In this document: positions 41,801 to 52,426 of the stretch, one piece after another
Layout of the letters: each line of letters opens with the position of its first letter
Position numbering within the stretch: position 1 is the stretch's first letter
The notes under the pieces: model-generated
What the model was told of the DNA's origin: nothing
Seen by the model: the letters and a program-made list of their open reading frames with translations, nothing else
Database searches by the model: none
Made by a program: the position numbers and the translations under genes
NCBI GenBank assembly: GCA_963789265.1
Contig: CAWBKB010000007.1
Span: 96,001 to 160,000, forward strand
Direction: 5' to 3'
Length of the DNA: 64,000 nucleotides
From: an uncultured delta proteobacterium
Lineage (GTDB): Bacteria > Desulfobacterota > Desulfomonilia > Desulfomonilales > Desulfomonilaceae

Positions 41801-43978
41801 TCGCAGTGTTTCTGAACGGCGCATGGAAAAGCATAGTCCAGCAGAGCGGGGGCACTTGGCAATATCTTGACGGTTCGAGTGCCTGGCAGAACGCGTCTTC
41901 CAATACCCTCTTGTCCGCACTTCGTCAGGCCCTCGCTATTTCTGCAAATCAGATGACCGGGGCACAGGTCGCCGCGATAACCTCAGTCCAGTGGTCGTCG
42001 GCAGGCGGATTTGTGCCCCATATTACTCAGACCTTGGATTTTGCATTCAGGCTCGAAGCTGACCAGACAACTTTGACAAACTTACCAACCTTGACCAGCT
42101 ACACACTCACGTACGAGACGAGCGGTAGCACTACAGGGATAATGCAGGTTCTGGGAAAACGGGCGGTGGACCGACATAACCGACTGGACGGATGGAACAC
42201 TGGCCAATGGCAACCGACTCGCTCAATCGGGAATCATCGGCGGGCCTGCCGTCACCGCGGATTACTCTGTCTTGAATGGAGTGCCGGGTTTCTGGTACCG
42301 ACTCAAAACCAACGGGACAAGCCCCCTTTGTGCGATAACCGAGATTCGGTACAAGGCGCCGTGTCAACCGCTTTCGAATATCGGAGACGGGCAACCTGAC
42401 ATCGGGCAGGTCATTCTTCACATGATCAGTACCGGCGCAAGTCCGCAAGATATCTCTGTTGCGATGGCAGACAACACCCTTACCTCTTTGGCATCCGCGG
42501 GGATCCCCATGACCGCGACTGACTTTCTGTACGTGGGATACCCGACTCACTTCGATGAAGTGGAGATCACACCGTACGCGGACCCCAGCGATACAACGTT
42601 CACGAATAATCAGGCGACTTCGGAACTTTCCGCGGATTACTGGAATGGCGAAGCCTGGGTTGCTCTGACGATCAATGACAGAACGATCGGCGGATCGAGC
42701 AATACTTTTGCTGAGAAAGGACGTATTTCATGGACACTTCCCTCGGACTGGCAAACAAGTATCCCGTTCGATGCGTTTTTCTCAAGAGGCTACTGGCTTC
42801 GCTTTCATGTATCCGCTGCGCTCGCAAGCACCGCTGCGCTCTCGGAAGTTCGGGTGTACGGAGTCCCGAATTCCTTAAAAAAATACAGATTCGTGAGTAC
42901 TTTCGGCAATCGTATAGCCCTGGGGAATCGTTCTGATGCGCCGGATCAGGTGGACATTTCGCGACAATTCGAGGAGTACGGATACACAGGCCAAGACTCC
43001 GCGAGTTTCCGGCTTGGCGGGGAGGACCAGATTGCATCAATGATGGCAGCCTGGGACGGGTTGCTCATCGGCAAGACTGGGACTTTTCACTTCCTGCAAG
43101 AGGGAGCCGAAAGTTTCCAGAGTGTGGAGGCAGGGCGTCACGTTCCGATCAATACGCAGGTGATGGTGAAAGCCCCGCTCGGGGGATTCGATTACGGTGA
43201 TAGATACGGTCTTTTCTTTATTAATCGGTATGGTGCTTTCTTTTCTACCGGCTTGCACACTGACAGTATATTCAATACTTCTCGCGGCAAAACCATAAGC
43301 GATGTGCTCAATTGGTGGGATTCTTCTATAACGCCAAGATTAGACTTGGATTACCTACACCTGGCCTGCGGCGAGTACTGGCCGGCGAAGAATTGGGTTA
43401 TATGGGCAGTTCCGATGATATTTTCGGGGCAGGGCCCGCAGGCTGCTAATAATGCGCTCATCGTTTATGATTTGACCCTCGGGGCTTGGTTGCCTCCGTT
43501 CGTCTTCCCGTTCGGGATGGCTGCCCTGAGCACCGCCTACCATTACAATGCCGATGATCCTCAGAAGCTCGGGGATATGGGGCTGTACGCAGGGGATTAT
43601 GAAGGGCGCGTAATAAGATTGTTCCCGCCGGGCATTACCTCTGATTTGGGCTCCACAATTTCCGCTTGGGCAGAGACTGGATGGCTCGACTTTGGTTCGC
43701 CGGAATACAGGAAGCTGCTACGAATGCTCTCCCTGTGCGGCAAATCCGAGAATCACATGATAACCGTGAACATGTTCAGCGATGGAGAAACGTGTGTTCC
43801 CGTCGTCGTCGAGTATCAAAACCTGTCAAGTTTGGGAAGTCATAGCTTCGCGTTGGAGCAGGAACCCAACAATCTCCAGGGCCGTTTCTTCAAGTTCCGG
43901 ATTGCGTTCAGTGCTGAGAGTGAGGTTCACGGACTTCAGATAGCCATGTCACTGGTCCGCGAATGGGGGTCGTTGTGA
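38814..43978 (+). CDS. Giant (~1720 aa) tail tubular B/nozzle-like protein with Kelch repeats; split by frameshifts near 39376 and 42145-42220
   Basis: N-terminal DWTGGI...ENVD...GSLRTRPG; Kelch repeats (RIGHSAV..VFGG...NDLW); C-terminal ETGWLDFG...KLLR...GRFFKFRI; joins ORFs 38760, 39214 and 42272. Confidence 0.7.
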
Positions 43979-44045
43979 GTGAGGCCTGATGAATCATGAA
44001 GTGCGGCAAGACCCGCCGGGGTTAACAAAATAGGAGGCAATATAC

Positions 44046-44888
44046 ATGCCATCTCCAAACTATGGAGGAAAATTGTCCGGGAACTTCGGGAGCTACTCGT
44101 CCTCAAGAGACAACCCCTTCCTGGAACCGAGCAGACAAATAGCTGACTTGATCGCGCGGCTGTCCAGTGCGCAGATGCAGGGATCAGCGAGCGGAACACC
44201 GGGAATCAACAGTGGATCATTCTCCTGGCAGAGCCACGCGGCTCGCCCCGCAGATCCCGAGGTGCGGGACTACATGTCCAACGTCCTGGGAGGGCAACGC
44301 AACACTCTCGATGACTACGTGCGCAGGGCCGCAGGCGCGAGCATCAAGCGCGGTGGAAAGACCACTGCCGGCGGGCCGCCCCTGGACTCCGCGTTGTACC
44401 AGCAAGCCATAGAAAGTCTTGCAAAGGGCTATGGAGACCGGTTCCGTGATGCAATGAATTACAACCGATACGTGAAAGGAACCGAGTCGAGCCAGGTCTC
44501 CGATAACATGAGAAACTTGCAGAACCTTCTGAGCCTGCAGCAGCGCTATCTTTCCAGCGCTACAGATTGGAAACAGAAACAGACAAGCTTGCCCGGCGTA
44601 ACCACGAATCCGGACGCCGACCTGGACCGCGCCTTGAAGGCGCTTTCCCTGGAGCACCTGCGCCGCCAAATGGAAATGGAACAATGGCAGAATGCGGCTA
44701 CTAAGGATGATCGCCAGAAAGCTTTGGACGAAAAAATTGCGGCTGAAGAAAGGTGGGCAGGGCTCGCGGTAAAACCCAGTTTGACATGGGGTCCGGGAGA
44801 TGCTGCGTTCAACGATCTGGCTGGAATCAGAATCGGTTACCAGTCGCCGTGGCAGCGAAAAATGTCGCTTAATCGCCGCGGATTGTAA
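44046..44888 (+). CDS. Putative internal virion / DNA ejection protein
   Basis: G/S/Q-rich helical protein after the tail; AAGASIKRGG...AIESLAKGYG resembles P22-type ejection proteins; AGGAGG RBS. Confidence 0.5.
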   Translation: MPSPNYGGKLSGNFGSYSSSRDNPFLEPSRQIADLIARLSSAQMQGSASGTPGINSGSFSWQSHAARPADPEVRDYMSNVLGGQRNTLDDYVRRAAGASIKRGGKTTAGGPPLDSALYQQAIESLAKGYGDRFRDAMNYNRYVKGTESSQVSDNMRNLQNLLSLQQRYLSSATDWKQKQTSLPGVTTNPDADLDRALKALSLEHLRRQMEMEQWQNAATKDDRQKALDEKIAAEERWAGLAVKPSLTWGPGDAAFNDLAGIRIGYQSPWQRKMSLNRRGL

Positions 44889-45704
44889 GCAACGAGTCTT
44901 TAGTTCATCGTTACATATACGTGGTCGCGGATTCAGAACAGGGGCGGCAGGGGGAAACTGTCTCAAACGTGCGGACGAAGTCGATATCGTGCCACGAAAG
45001 TCGCTAGAGTTCTGGTTCCCAATCCCGCGTCTCGCGCATTCGCGTTAAGTTAAGGCAATTTCGCTCCCTTTTCAGGAGGTCCATGCAGGCCGAGGGGGAT
45101 CAAAGTCCCCCTTTTCTAAAGGGGGATTTAGGGGGATTTCCAGGGGGTTAGCATAAAATCCCCCCTAGCCCCCCTTTACGAAAGGGGGGAACCCCGCGTC
45201 TCGCTGGACCGCCTGGGAATCCCGCGGGGCGCGGGACTCTGCCCGCAAACTGCCCCCATTTCATTATCATAGTCGAGGTAGAGCTTGGCGCTAGGCATTC
45301 CCAGGCAGAGCCAGGGAACGAGAAAAAAGGCGTCCTCAATTATTTGGCTTTCCTGATTTCGGTTATGACGCGGAATGGCAGCTCCCCTACAGAGCGCTCT
45401 CCAAGCCGCCCCGCAGTGGTTCCCGATTTTTGAGTTGACAAATTAGGTTAATTATGGTCCCATTGCCCCCAACAGAGAACATGTGTTTTCCATTGGGCGC
45501 CCGGCAACCAAGTGGATTGCTGTCAGGCTTCCATTTGGAAAGGCCCATCAATGACCCGACGAGTTAACCTAAGAAGTTCATAATCTGTCGGCCGCCACCT
45601 GATTGGGCCTATCGCCGGGCCTTAACGTCGAAGATCCCTGGAAGAGGGACCAACGAGGGAGGCTTTTCTGCCGACCTCGCAATTCCAAAGGTTGGAGGCG
45701 GATC

Positions 45705-45935
45705 ATGGAGAGAGTCAATCATCGCAAACTTGTGTCTCATTCATTCGACAAGCTCCACGAGCAACTTTCCGTTCTCCGAGTCCATGTGGAGGAAATGGAC
45801 GACCCCGTGGCTCGTCGGCATTTGGAATCCATGGAGTATGGCCTGCTCGCGCCCATGCGCAAGCTCAGAATACATCTGGGCATCCCGTACGACTGGCACG
45901 AACAGAGGCCCACACTCAAGGAGGCGACTCGATGA
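45705..45935 (+). CDS. Hypothetical protein
   Basis: GGAGG RBS; coupled to the next gene. Confidence 0.6.
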   Translation: MERVNHRKLVSHSFDKLHEQLSVLRVHVEEMDDPVARRHLESMEYGLLAPMRKLRIHLGIPYDWHEQRPTLKEATR

Positions 45936-46318
45936 GCCAAGGTGCCCTTACCGTCGAACAGTGGAAAGAGATGAACGCTCATAAGCTGATTGAATGTCGC
46001 TGGGGCTGCAACATTAGTTTTGAAGCGTGCCGCCTGTACCAGGCAAGGACCGGACGTTACGTGCTTCACTTCAACGGCCAACGAGAGCCGTATCCGCGGA
46101 TCAACGCGGATTACCTGAGGTGTTTCTTGCCGGAACCTTGTCCCCACGTGATATCGGACGATGAAATCCGCGGCCTGGAAGCAACGCTCGGCCCCGTTAA
46201 TCACCGCCCCCGTCCGGAACGTCGCGAACGGTCACGGCATGCGAGGGAGTTGGATCGCCTCGTAAATCCCGATCTCATGTTGCGTGAAGCCCGGTGGAAT
46301 CGTTCCCTTGTCCGGTAG
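45932..46318 (+). CDS. Hypothetical Cys-containing protein
   Basis: AAGGAGG RBS; ATGA overlap. Confidence 0.6.
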   Translation: MSQGALTVEQWKEMNAHKLIECRWGCNISFEACRLYQARTGRYVLHFNGQREPYPRINADYLRCFLPEPCPHVISDDEIRGLEATLGPVNHRPRPERRERSRHARELDRLVNPDLMLREARWNRSLVR

Positions 46319-46527
46319 CAGTTCACCGCGGAGGACGCAGAGACCGCAGACGGACTTGGTCCGTTTCGCTTTCGTTGCCGGGCTCCGCCTGGCAATGCAT
46401 GCTCTTAGGGCTCGGCCCGAAATAAGAACAGCGATTGATCCCTCTCAGTTTGCAGAAAACCGGAGGCAAAACCTCCCCATGAGCGTTCCAGGCAAGAGCC
46501 TGGGAACGAGGATTAAAGGATGTCTCG

Positions 46528-46731
46528 ATGAAAAGATCGGAAATGGTTTGCAGCAAGTGCATCAAGTTTGAAAGAACTCAATGCCGCCTCGACCCAGAAG
46601 GTCTCCCGATCGATGAGCCGGACAAGCACTGGTGCGCTCAAGGCCAGTGGCAAGAGTGGTCGGAGCGATACCTGGAAATGGAACCCTTCTACTGGGGCGA
46701 ATGGCAAGAGAATTGCCTGGAGACTGCGTGA
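46528..46731 (+). CDS. Small Cys-rich phage-type protein
   Basis: CSKC...CRLDP...WCAQG. Confidence 0.6.
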   Translation: MKRSEMVCSKCIKFERTQCRLDPEGLPIDEPDKHWCAQGQWQEWSERYLEMEPFYWGEWQENCLETA

Positions 46732-46937
46732 TGCTTCTCTGAGGATAGATGACCAAAGCCAAGATGCGGCGAATGAGGCTAACAGCGTCGCCCGCGAGGA
46801 AACCCGGGTGATGCCGGTTTCCTTGTTCGCCGCACCTTGTGCCTGCTCGCATTACCTTTTCGTTTTCTATCCCGCATAATCTTCGAAACTCCGTTCAATC
46901 GTACCCAATTGGTCAAATGCATTTCGGAGGTTGACCC

Positions 46938-47261
46938 ATGCAAATTCCAGAAAAACTGACAATCTTCTCCAGAACCTACGATGTCCATGATGTGGACCCG
47001 ATACATGCTTATGATGGGCTACTGGGGTTGGCGGCTTATCGGGATGGTGTGATCTATCTTGACCGAAATATGGACCCGCCCCTGGCGCTGAACACCCTCT
47101 GGCACGAAGCATTCCACATCGCGCAACAAGAGATTCTTGGAACCGTAGATGAAGCCCAGGCCAGATGGGTATCGCTATTCATTCACACCTTCCTTTTGGA
47201 AAATCCTGCCATCCTGCAAAGCTATCTCGACGCATCGAGTCCTGCCTCCTTTCACGAATGA
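46938..47261 (+). CDS. HExxH metallopeptidase-like phage protein
   Basis: LLG......IYLD......NTLWHEAFH......DE. Confidence 0.7.
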   Translation: MQIPEKLTIFSRTYDVHDVDPIHAYDGLLGLAAYRDGVIYLDRNMDPPLALNTLWHEAFHIAQQEILGTVDEAQARWVSLFIHTFLLENPAILQSYLDASSPASFHE

Positions 47262-47355
47262 GAAACCTGACGAAGTGCGAGTATGGTTCGGTGAATGAAG
47301 CGGACCGCATCGCTTGCAAGAATGCTTTCAATAGAGATTCCTGTATCATCCCCAA

Positions 47356-47766
47356 ATGACCCAAAAAAGAAAACGCTTAATTGAGGTGGCCCGTGATGCC
47401 CCTTCACCAGAGGCCGATGGATCGGCAACGGCCGCCGAGGCTGGATTCGACCCTTCTTTCCTCGCCCAAATCCGGGAGTTGGCCGCGTCGGGGCTGACGT
47501 CTTCCTCCGCGCTATCGCTGATCACGAAGCTTATCGCCGAAACTCCCGGCGCATCCAAAGAGGCAATGGACCGGATCAAAATGATGGACAAACTTCTCAA
47601 TACCGCCCGAGCAATGATGGAGACTCGGCTGAAAAATGAGGAAGCCGCAGCCATCACCGCAAAACTCGATGAAATGGAACTTCTGATCGAAAAGCTGGCG
47701 ATTCAAAGGGCAGGTGAACCTAATCGGTGCGTCGAAGTCAGAGACGGTCGCGGGCAGGATGAGTGA
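47356..47766 (+). CDS. Putative terminase small subunit
   Basis: Helical 136-aa ORF overlapping the TerL start. Confidence 0.5.
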   Translation: MTQKRKRLIEVARDAPSPEADGSATAAEAGFDPSFLAQIRELAASGLTSSSALSLITKLIAETPGASKEAMDRIKMMDKLLNTARAMMETRLKNEEAAAITAKLDEMELLIEKLAIQRAGEPNRCVEVRDGRGQDE

Positions 47767-49483
47767 ATCTGTACATCCTGAACAAGCTGGCTTCCGGCGG
47801 TCGAGGATGCGGCTCGAAAGATTGTCGGAACGTTTGCAACAGCTTGCGCCCCGTCCCGGGGAGGAATTGTTCCATATTCAGCGGTTCATCGAGGATCTAA
47901 AGATCATCAATAAAAGGGGCGAACTGGTCTCCCTCATCATGAACCGGTCCCAGGAGACGGTATTCCACAGGCTCATGGAATGTCGTGAAAAGAAAGTCCC
48001 GGCCCGTTTCATCTGCTGCAAGTCCCGACAACTTGGTATCTCCACGCTTATCGAGGCATTCATATTTGCCCTGATCACACACTATCCCAACCGGTTTGCT
48101 CTGGTCGCGGCAAATTCCATTGAGAGCGCCCAGACGATCTTCGCGATGGCTCAGCGTTTCCTCCGTTACCTTGGACCCCGTCACACCCCTCGTCCGGCCA
48201 CTGTCAACGCACGCCGAATTGAATATCTGCCGCCTCATCATTCACGGCTGCAAATCGACACGGCCGCGAACAAGGGCCTGGGACGAGGCGGCACTCTTCA
48301 CTATGTCCATGCCAGCGAAGTGGCCTTCTGGGAGAAGGCTGAAGATCCGATTCTAGCCATCAACCAGTCGGTCCCACAGCACTGGGACACTCTCGTCTTT
48401 TGGGAATCCACGGCAAATGGAATGCACAATCTATTTCACCGAACGTGGATAACCGCGGAACGCGGGGAATCGGACATGCAGCCCATATTTCTTTCTTGGA
48501 AAGGATTTCCGGAGTACAGCCTTCCCGTGGCAGAGCGAGAACAACTCGACCTTACCCCGGACGAGGAAGTCTATGCCCGGAAATACGATTTGAAGACAGA
48601 CCAGATCAAATGGGCTTGTTACACGAGAAAGAATCAGTGCCACAACTCCTGGGAAAAATTCCATCAGGAATACCCTGTGGCCCCACAACTTGCCTTCACC
48701 TTCACAGGAATGCCCTGGTTCAACCAAGATGCGATTCAAGAGTCGCTGGAGAATTTGGCCCGGCCTCCGCTTAAACGCGGGAATCTGGAGTTCTCGGCTG
48801 ATGGTGCCTCAATCCCCACTTTTGTAACAGACCCAACAGGGCCTCTGGAAGTTTGGAGGCAGCCCGAGCCGTCGCACACATATAGCATTGGAATGGATGT
48901 CGGGGAAGGCGTCGCCGCGGATTACACCGTTATTCAGGTTATATGCAACGAAACGGGCGAAGTGGTTGCACGTTACCGCTCGAACCGCGTCCGAGCCGAA
49001 ACCGCGGGAGTAGACGCATATCTTCTCGGAACGTACTACAACTTCGGGCTGCTCGGGATCGAGCGCAACGGTCCCGGTCTCGCCTCGCTCGCGGCATGCG
49101 AACGAGGGCTGTCGGAATATCCGCAAATGACCGGATATCCCAACCTCTACTATCACACTTACACTGACCGCAAGATCCCGGAAGAGACCCGACGTTTGGG
49201 ATGGATCACCAACAAAACCACTAAAGAAGCCATGCTGAGCAGACTGGCACTGACTTTCGAGAGCCGCGGGCTCAAGATATACAGCAGAACCACTCTTCTC
49301 GAAATGCAAGGCTTTGTCTGGGATGCCGAGAAAAGATGCTTCAGGCAGAATTACAAATCTCCAGATTCACGGCTTGCTCACGACGATGAGATCATGGCCC
49401 TGGCGATAGCCAACGAGATGCGATCTCACTCGTGGGAAAACCGCTTTATTCACGGCCGACTGCCTCGCGGAGGGGAGTTTTGA
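47759..49483 (+). CDS. terL: Terminase large subunit
   Basis: Walker A KSRQLGIST, Walker B VHASEVAFW, ESTANG, nuclease GMDVGEG...DY, IERN, HDDEIMALAIA. Confidence 0.93.
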   Translation: MSESVHPEQAGFRRSRMRLERLSERLQQLAPRPGEELFHIQRFIEDLKIINKRGELVSLIMNRSQETVFHRLMECREKKVPARFICCKSRQLGISTLIEAFIFALITHYPNRFALVAANSIESAQTIFAMAQRFLRYLGPRHTPRPATVNARRIEYLPPHHSRLQIDTAANKGLGRGGTLHYVHASEVAFWEKAEDPILAINQSVPQHWDTLVFWESTANGMHNLFHRTWITAERGESDMQPIFLSWKGFPEYSLPVAEREQLDLTPDEEVYARKYDLKTDQIKWACYTRKNQCHNSWEKFHQEYPVAPQLAFTFTGMPWFNQDAIQESLENLARPPLKRGNLEFSADGASIPTFVTDPTGPLEVWRQPEPSHTYSIGMDVGEGVAADYTVIQVICNETGEVVARYRSNRVRAETAGVDAYLLGTYYNFGLLGIERNGPGLASLAACERGLSEYPQMTGYPNLYYHTYTDRKIPEETRRLGWITNKTTKEAMLSRLALTFESRGLKIYSRTTLLEMQGFVWDAEKRCFRQNYKSPDSRLAHDDEIMALAIANEMRSHSWENRFIHGRLPRGGEF

Positions 49484-50157
49484 CAGTGCGTGCGGAATAC
49501 CTGGAAGACGGCGCGATAGCGGTAATCGGGACAAAGGGAAAACAAACCTTCAACAAGGTTTGGGCCGGGATCGGCTGGCCGGACAGTGAAGCCGGTTACA
49601 TATCTATTGTGGGCGAGCGCGCAGACCACCGATATCATGCGCTGTGGGAGAAGACCGGCGGCCTGTGGGAACTGGGAGTAGCCGCGGTTGAAGCCAAGAA
49701 TCGTTTGCTAGTCGACAACATCTGGGTCGATTCCCGCGATGCGGTCGCAACCTCGTATCTCAGGACCCTGCCCGGCCTGTGTTTCCATGAGGAGCCGTCC
49801 AAGAGGGCTTTAACGACTGTCGTCGGAACTCATCCTCCGGCCAAAGCGTCGCGTTTCACAGAGCCGGAAACGATGGCAAGCATAATGTCGGTTCCCGAGC
49901 GGGCCACAACAAACTATCGGTCCGCTCTTGAGAATACGAGAGGTGTGATAATGGCTTCTAAACTTCTGATACACGAGCAGAACTGCCCCAAACTGGTCTA
50001 TGCACTGAGACAGCCTCTGGAAGATCTGCTCAGATCGCCTGTCATGAAGGGCTTGGTTTGGGTACTGACGGCTCTTGAGGAAGCCGGGAGAAACGCGGGG
50101 CTGGAGCTTTCCGCATCGGACCCCTGGTACGCCAATACGCCGAGGCGGCGAATATAA
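49480..50157 (+). CDS. Hypothetical protein coupled to TerL
   Basis: TTGA overlap; AGIGWP...GYISIVGE. Confidence 0.65.
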   Translation: MTVRAEYLEDGAIAVIGTKGKQTFNKVWAGIGWPDSEAGYISIVGERADHRYHALWEKTGGLWELGVAAVEAKNRLLVDNIWVDSRDAVATSYLRTLPGLCFHEEPSKRALTTVVGTHPPAKASRFTEPETMASIMSVPERATTNYRSALENTRGVIMASKLLIHEQNCPKLVYALRQPLEDLLRSPVMKGLVWVLTALEEAGRNAGLELSASDPWYANTPRRRI

Positions 50158-50278
50158 ATGACTTTTTGAAAATCCGCGGCCTGTCAAAATTGGTCCAACG
50201 GCCTCACGAACAGCCCATGACTTCGGGAAAATTTCGTGGTAAAGAAGGGGCGAAAAAATTCTTCCAGGAGCGCAGAGA

Positions 50279-50581
50279 ATGAACAGCACTACCTTATTTG
50301 CTTCAGAGGTTATTTTGCCGGGAAGCATGTCCCCCAATTGCGATCTGCCTATCGAAGCTTTACGATCCTTTTCGGCATTGTATGCCGGCCCCGGCATCCT
50401 ATCTTCTCCTCCTGATGACGGCGAGGACGAAGACTGGGAAGACGACGAGGAAGACGATGACGATGAAGAGGATGAAGACTGGGAGGACGACGAAGACGAT
50501 GACGATGAAGAGGATGAGGACTGGGAGGACGACGAAGAAGAAGACGATGAGGAAGACGAAGACGATGAAGAAGATGAATAA
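50279..50581 (+). CDS. Small protein with a poly-Asp/Glu tail
   Basis: CAGGAG RBS; EDEDWEDDE repeated three times; terminator follows. Confidence 0.5.
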   Translation: MNSTTLFASEVILPGSMSPNCDLPIEALRSFSALYAGPGILSSPPDDGEDEDWEDDEEDDDDEEDEDWEDDEDDDDEEDEDWEDDEEEDDEEDEDDEEDE

Positions 50582-50589
50582 TATTGGAG

Positions 50590-50620
50590 AGGCCCTTCTT
50601 AGGCGAAGGGCCTTTTTATT
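50590..50620 (+). terminator. Rho-independent terminator
   Basis: AGGCCCTTC-ttaggc-GAAGGGCCT-TTTTATTT. Confidence 0.8.
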
Positions 50621-51461
50621 TCTTCCTGGCCTCCTCTATTGTAATAGTCTATTTAACGCCGCTTTATACACATTAATCCGCACGCGCCCGGATCTCTACC
50701 AAAAAGCGTTTTCAATCTGACGATCAATTCCAAATGCAAGAGCAATCCGTACTTGCTCGACTGCGAATGACTCGCTTCCAAACCATTCCATCCTGATCAC
50801 AGAAGACCATTTGCAAAAAAATATGATCTGGTGCGGCTTGAAATCCCATCTCGTTGACGCACTGCGCGAGCGATCTTAACTGCGCTCAGCCACGGCAGCT
50901 TCACGACAATGAAGGAGATGTTTTGATGGAAACCGAAAGACAACAACGCTGGTGGTTCGCCACCCATCCTGAGTTTAGTTGGAGCCGGATTGGACACAGG
51001 GGCTGAGGCGGCCGATCACCTCGCGGAAGAAGCACATTTGGGAGTAGCGGTTGAACCCTTGCCTGACAGGGTCAGGCCGGCAAAATAGAATGATTTTCTT
51101 GAGCCCCAGATCAAATGTCTGTCCATCCCCGTCTCGACCCTCAACCACAAATGATCAATTCCGCCCGAGACTCAAGAATGGTGCGAACCTAGCTCGCTCT
51201 CGTCCGAGAGAAACGAGAAGGTCCTTTCGTTTCCGCTGGAACTAACCAAGCACCGGACTTCGCCCAAAAGAAGTGAATCCGACGCGTCCTACCTGAAGCG
51301 GGACCACTGGTCTTGCTTCTTAACGGGTCTAGAGGCAAAACAAAGCAGAAACCGTTTAATAACAGAAGAGTGATCATCTTGTGTTTAAGGTGCTACAGTG
51401 GTATTCACACTTACCGAAGGTAAGTCTATATCTTAACAACAGAATTCGACGAGAAACTCAC

Positions 51462-51653
51462 ATGCAATGCTCCAAGACGGAAAATGAAACTTACCGATTC
51501 AAAAGCCCTAGGCAGCGACGCATCTACCAGCAGCTCTTGGACCTTTCGAGACGAGGTTCAGCCGCTCTGTATAAGGACGCCTGTGTTCTGATGGAGCCAC
51601 AAATGGTTAGTATCTGTCAAATTCGTCAGAGGAGCATCAATGAAGCCCCTTGA
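51462..51653 (+). pseudogene. Truncated paralogue of the N-terminus of the next gene
   Basis: YRFKSPRQRRIYQQL...AALYKDAC vs FKFKTPKQERIFKRL...AAYYRDAC. Confidence 0.55.
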
Positions 51654-52426
51654 ACCTGCAGACAAGAAGTTTAAGTTCAAAACTCCCAAACAGGAACGCA
51701 TCTTTAAAAGGCTTTGTTTGATAGGATTTGCTCCAGCCGCCTACTATCGTGATGCTTGCAGATTGATAATCTCAGATCCGCCTCTGGATTCCATAACTCA
51801 CTTGCTCAGTCATATCTTTCGGGAAATTGAGGGGATGATCATCGACTTCCTGTTGGACGATATTGACAGAAAGGCCTTCACGAATCAGGACGGCGCACGG
51901 AAGCAGAAAATCCGTGCGGTCCTAAAAAAGCTAGGTGTACAGGAAGAACAAGAAATTTCGGAGCTTTGGCTGGAATCTGAATCACTTCACAAATATGCTC
52001 ATAGAAACGGTATAGCAAAGCCGCGCCCGGCGGAAGCTAATTTCCATGAAATGTTACAGCAACGGGAGGAAATCTTGGATTATGTCCTCCATTGCTACGA
52101 GTCACAATATGCTGAATATCATAGACGCCTGGATGAGCTGCTCGGGGCACCGAAGCCGACCAAAAAGATTATGACAGAACTTAGAAATTATGTTCCCAAC
52201 AACATGGTCTCGTTGACCTCCCTCTTTGAGCGACTCTCCGATTCAGACTGGCTGCCATTCCTTAGCGAAAATCAATTTTTTGCGGAATGTCCTAGATAAC
52301 GGTAACAACGTTCTAACGATCTCCTGATCTCTGACATGAAAGATATCATGAATGAACAGTAAGGTCTTGTAATCGCGCGAAATTTGGGCAATAATTCCCC
52401 GATCTATTTCAAAGGGGAAGCTTTCT

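Noticed and set aside
39360..42280. Programmed ribosomal frameshifts in the tail gene
   Set aside because: No slippery heptamer is evident, and clustered indels resemble the errors seen elsewhere in the window.
45477..45488. LexA/SOS box GAAC-ATGT-GTTT
   Set aside because: A single imperfect match to the Gram-positive consensus; the host LexA motif is unknown.
28783..50157. Intact temperate prophage
   Set aside because: No integrase, repressor, replication genes or att duplication are visible, and the spacers carry host-type repeats. A decayed prophage is not excluded.
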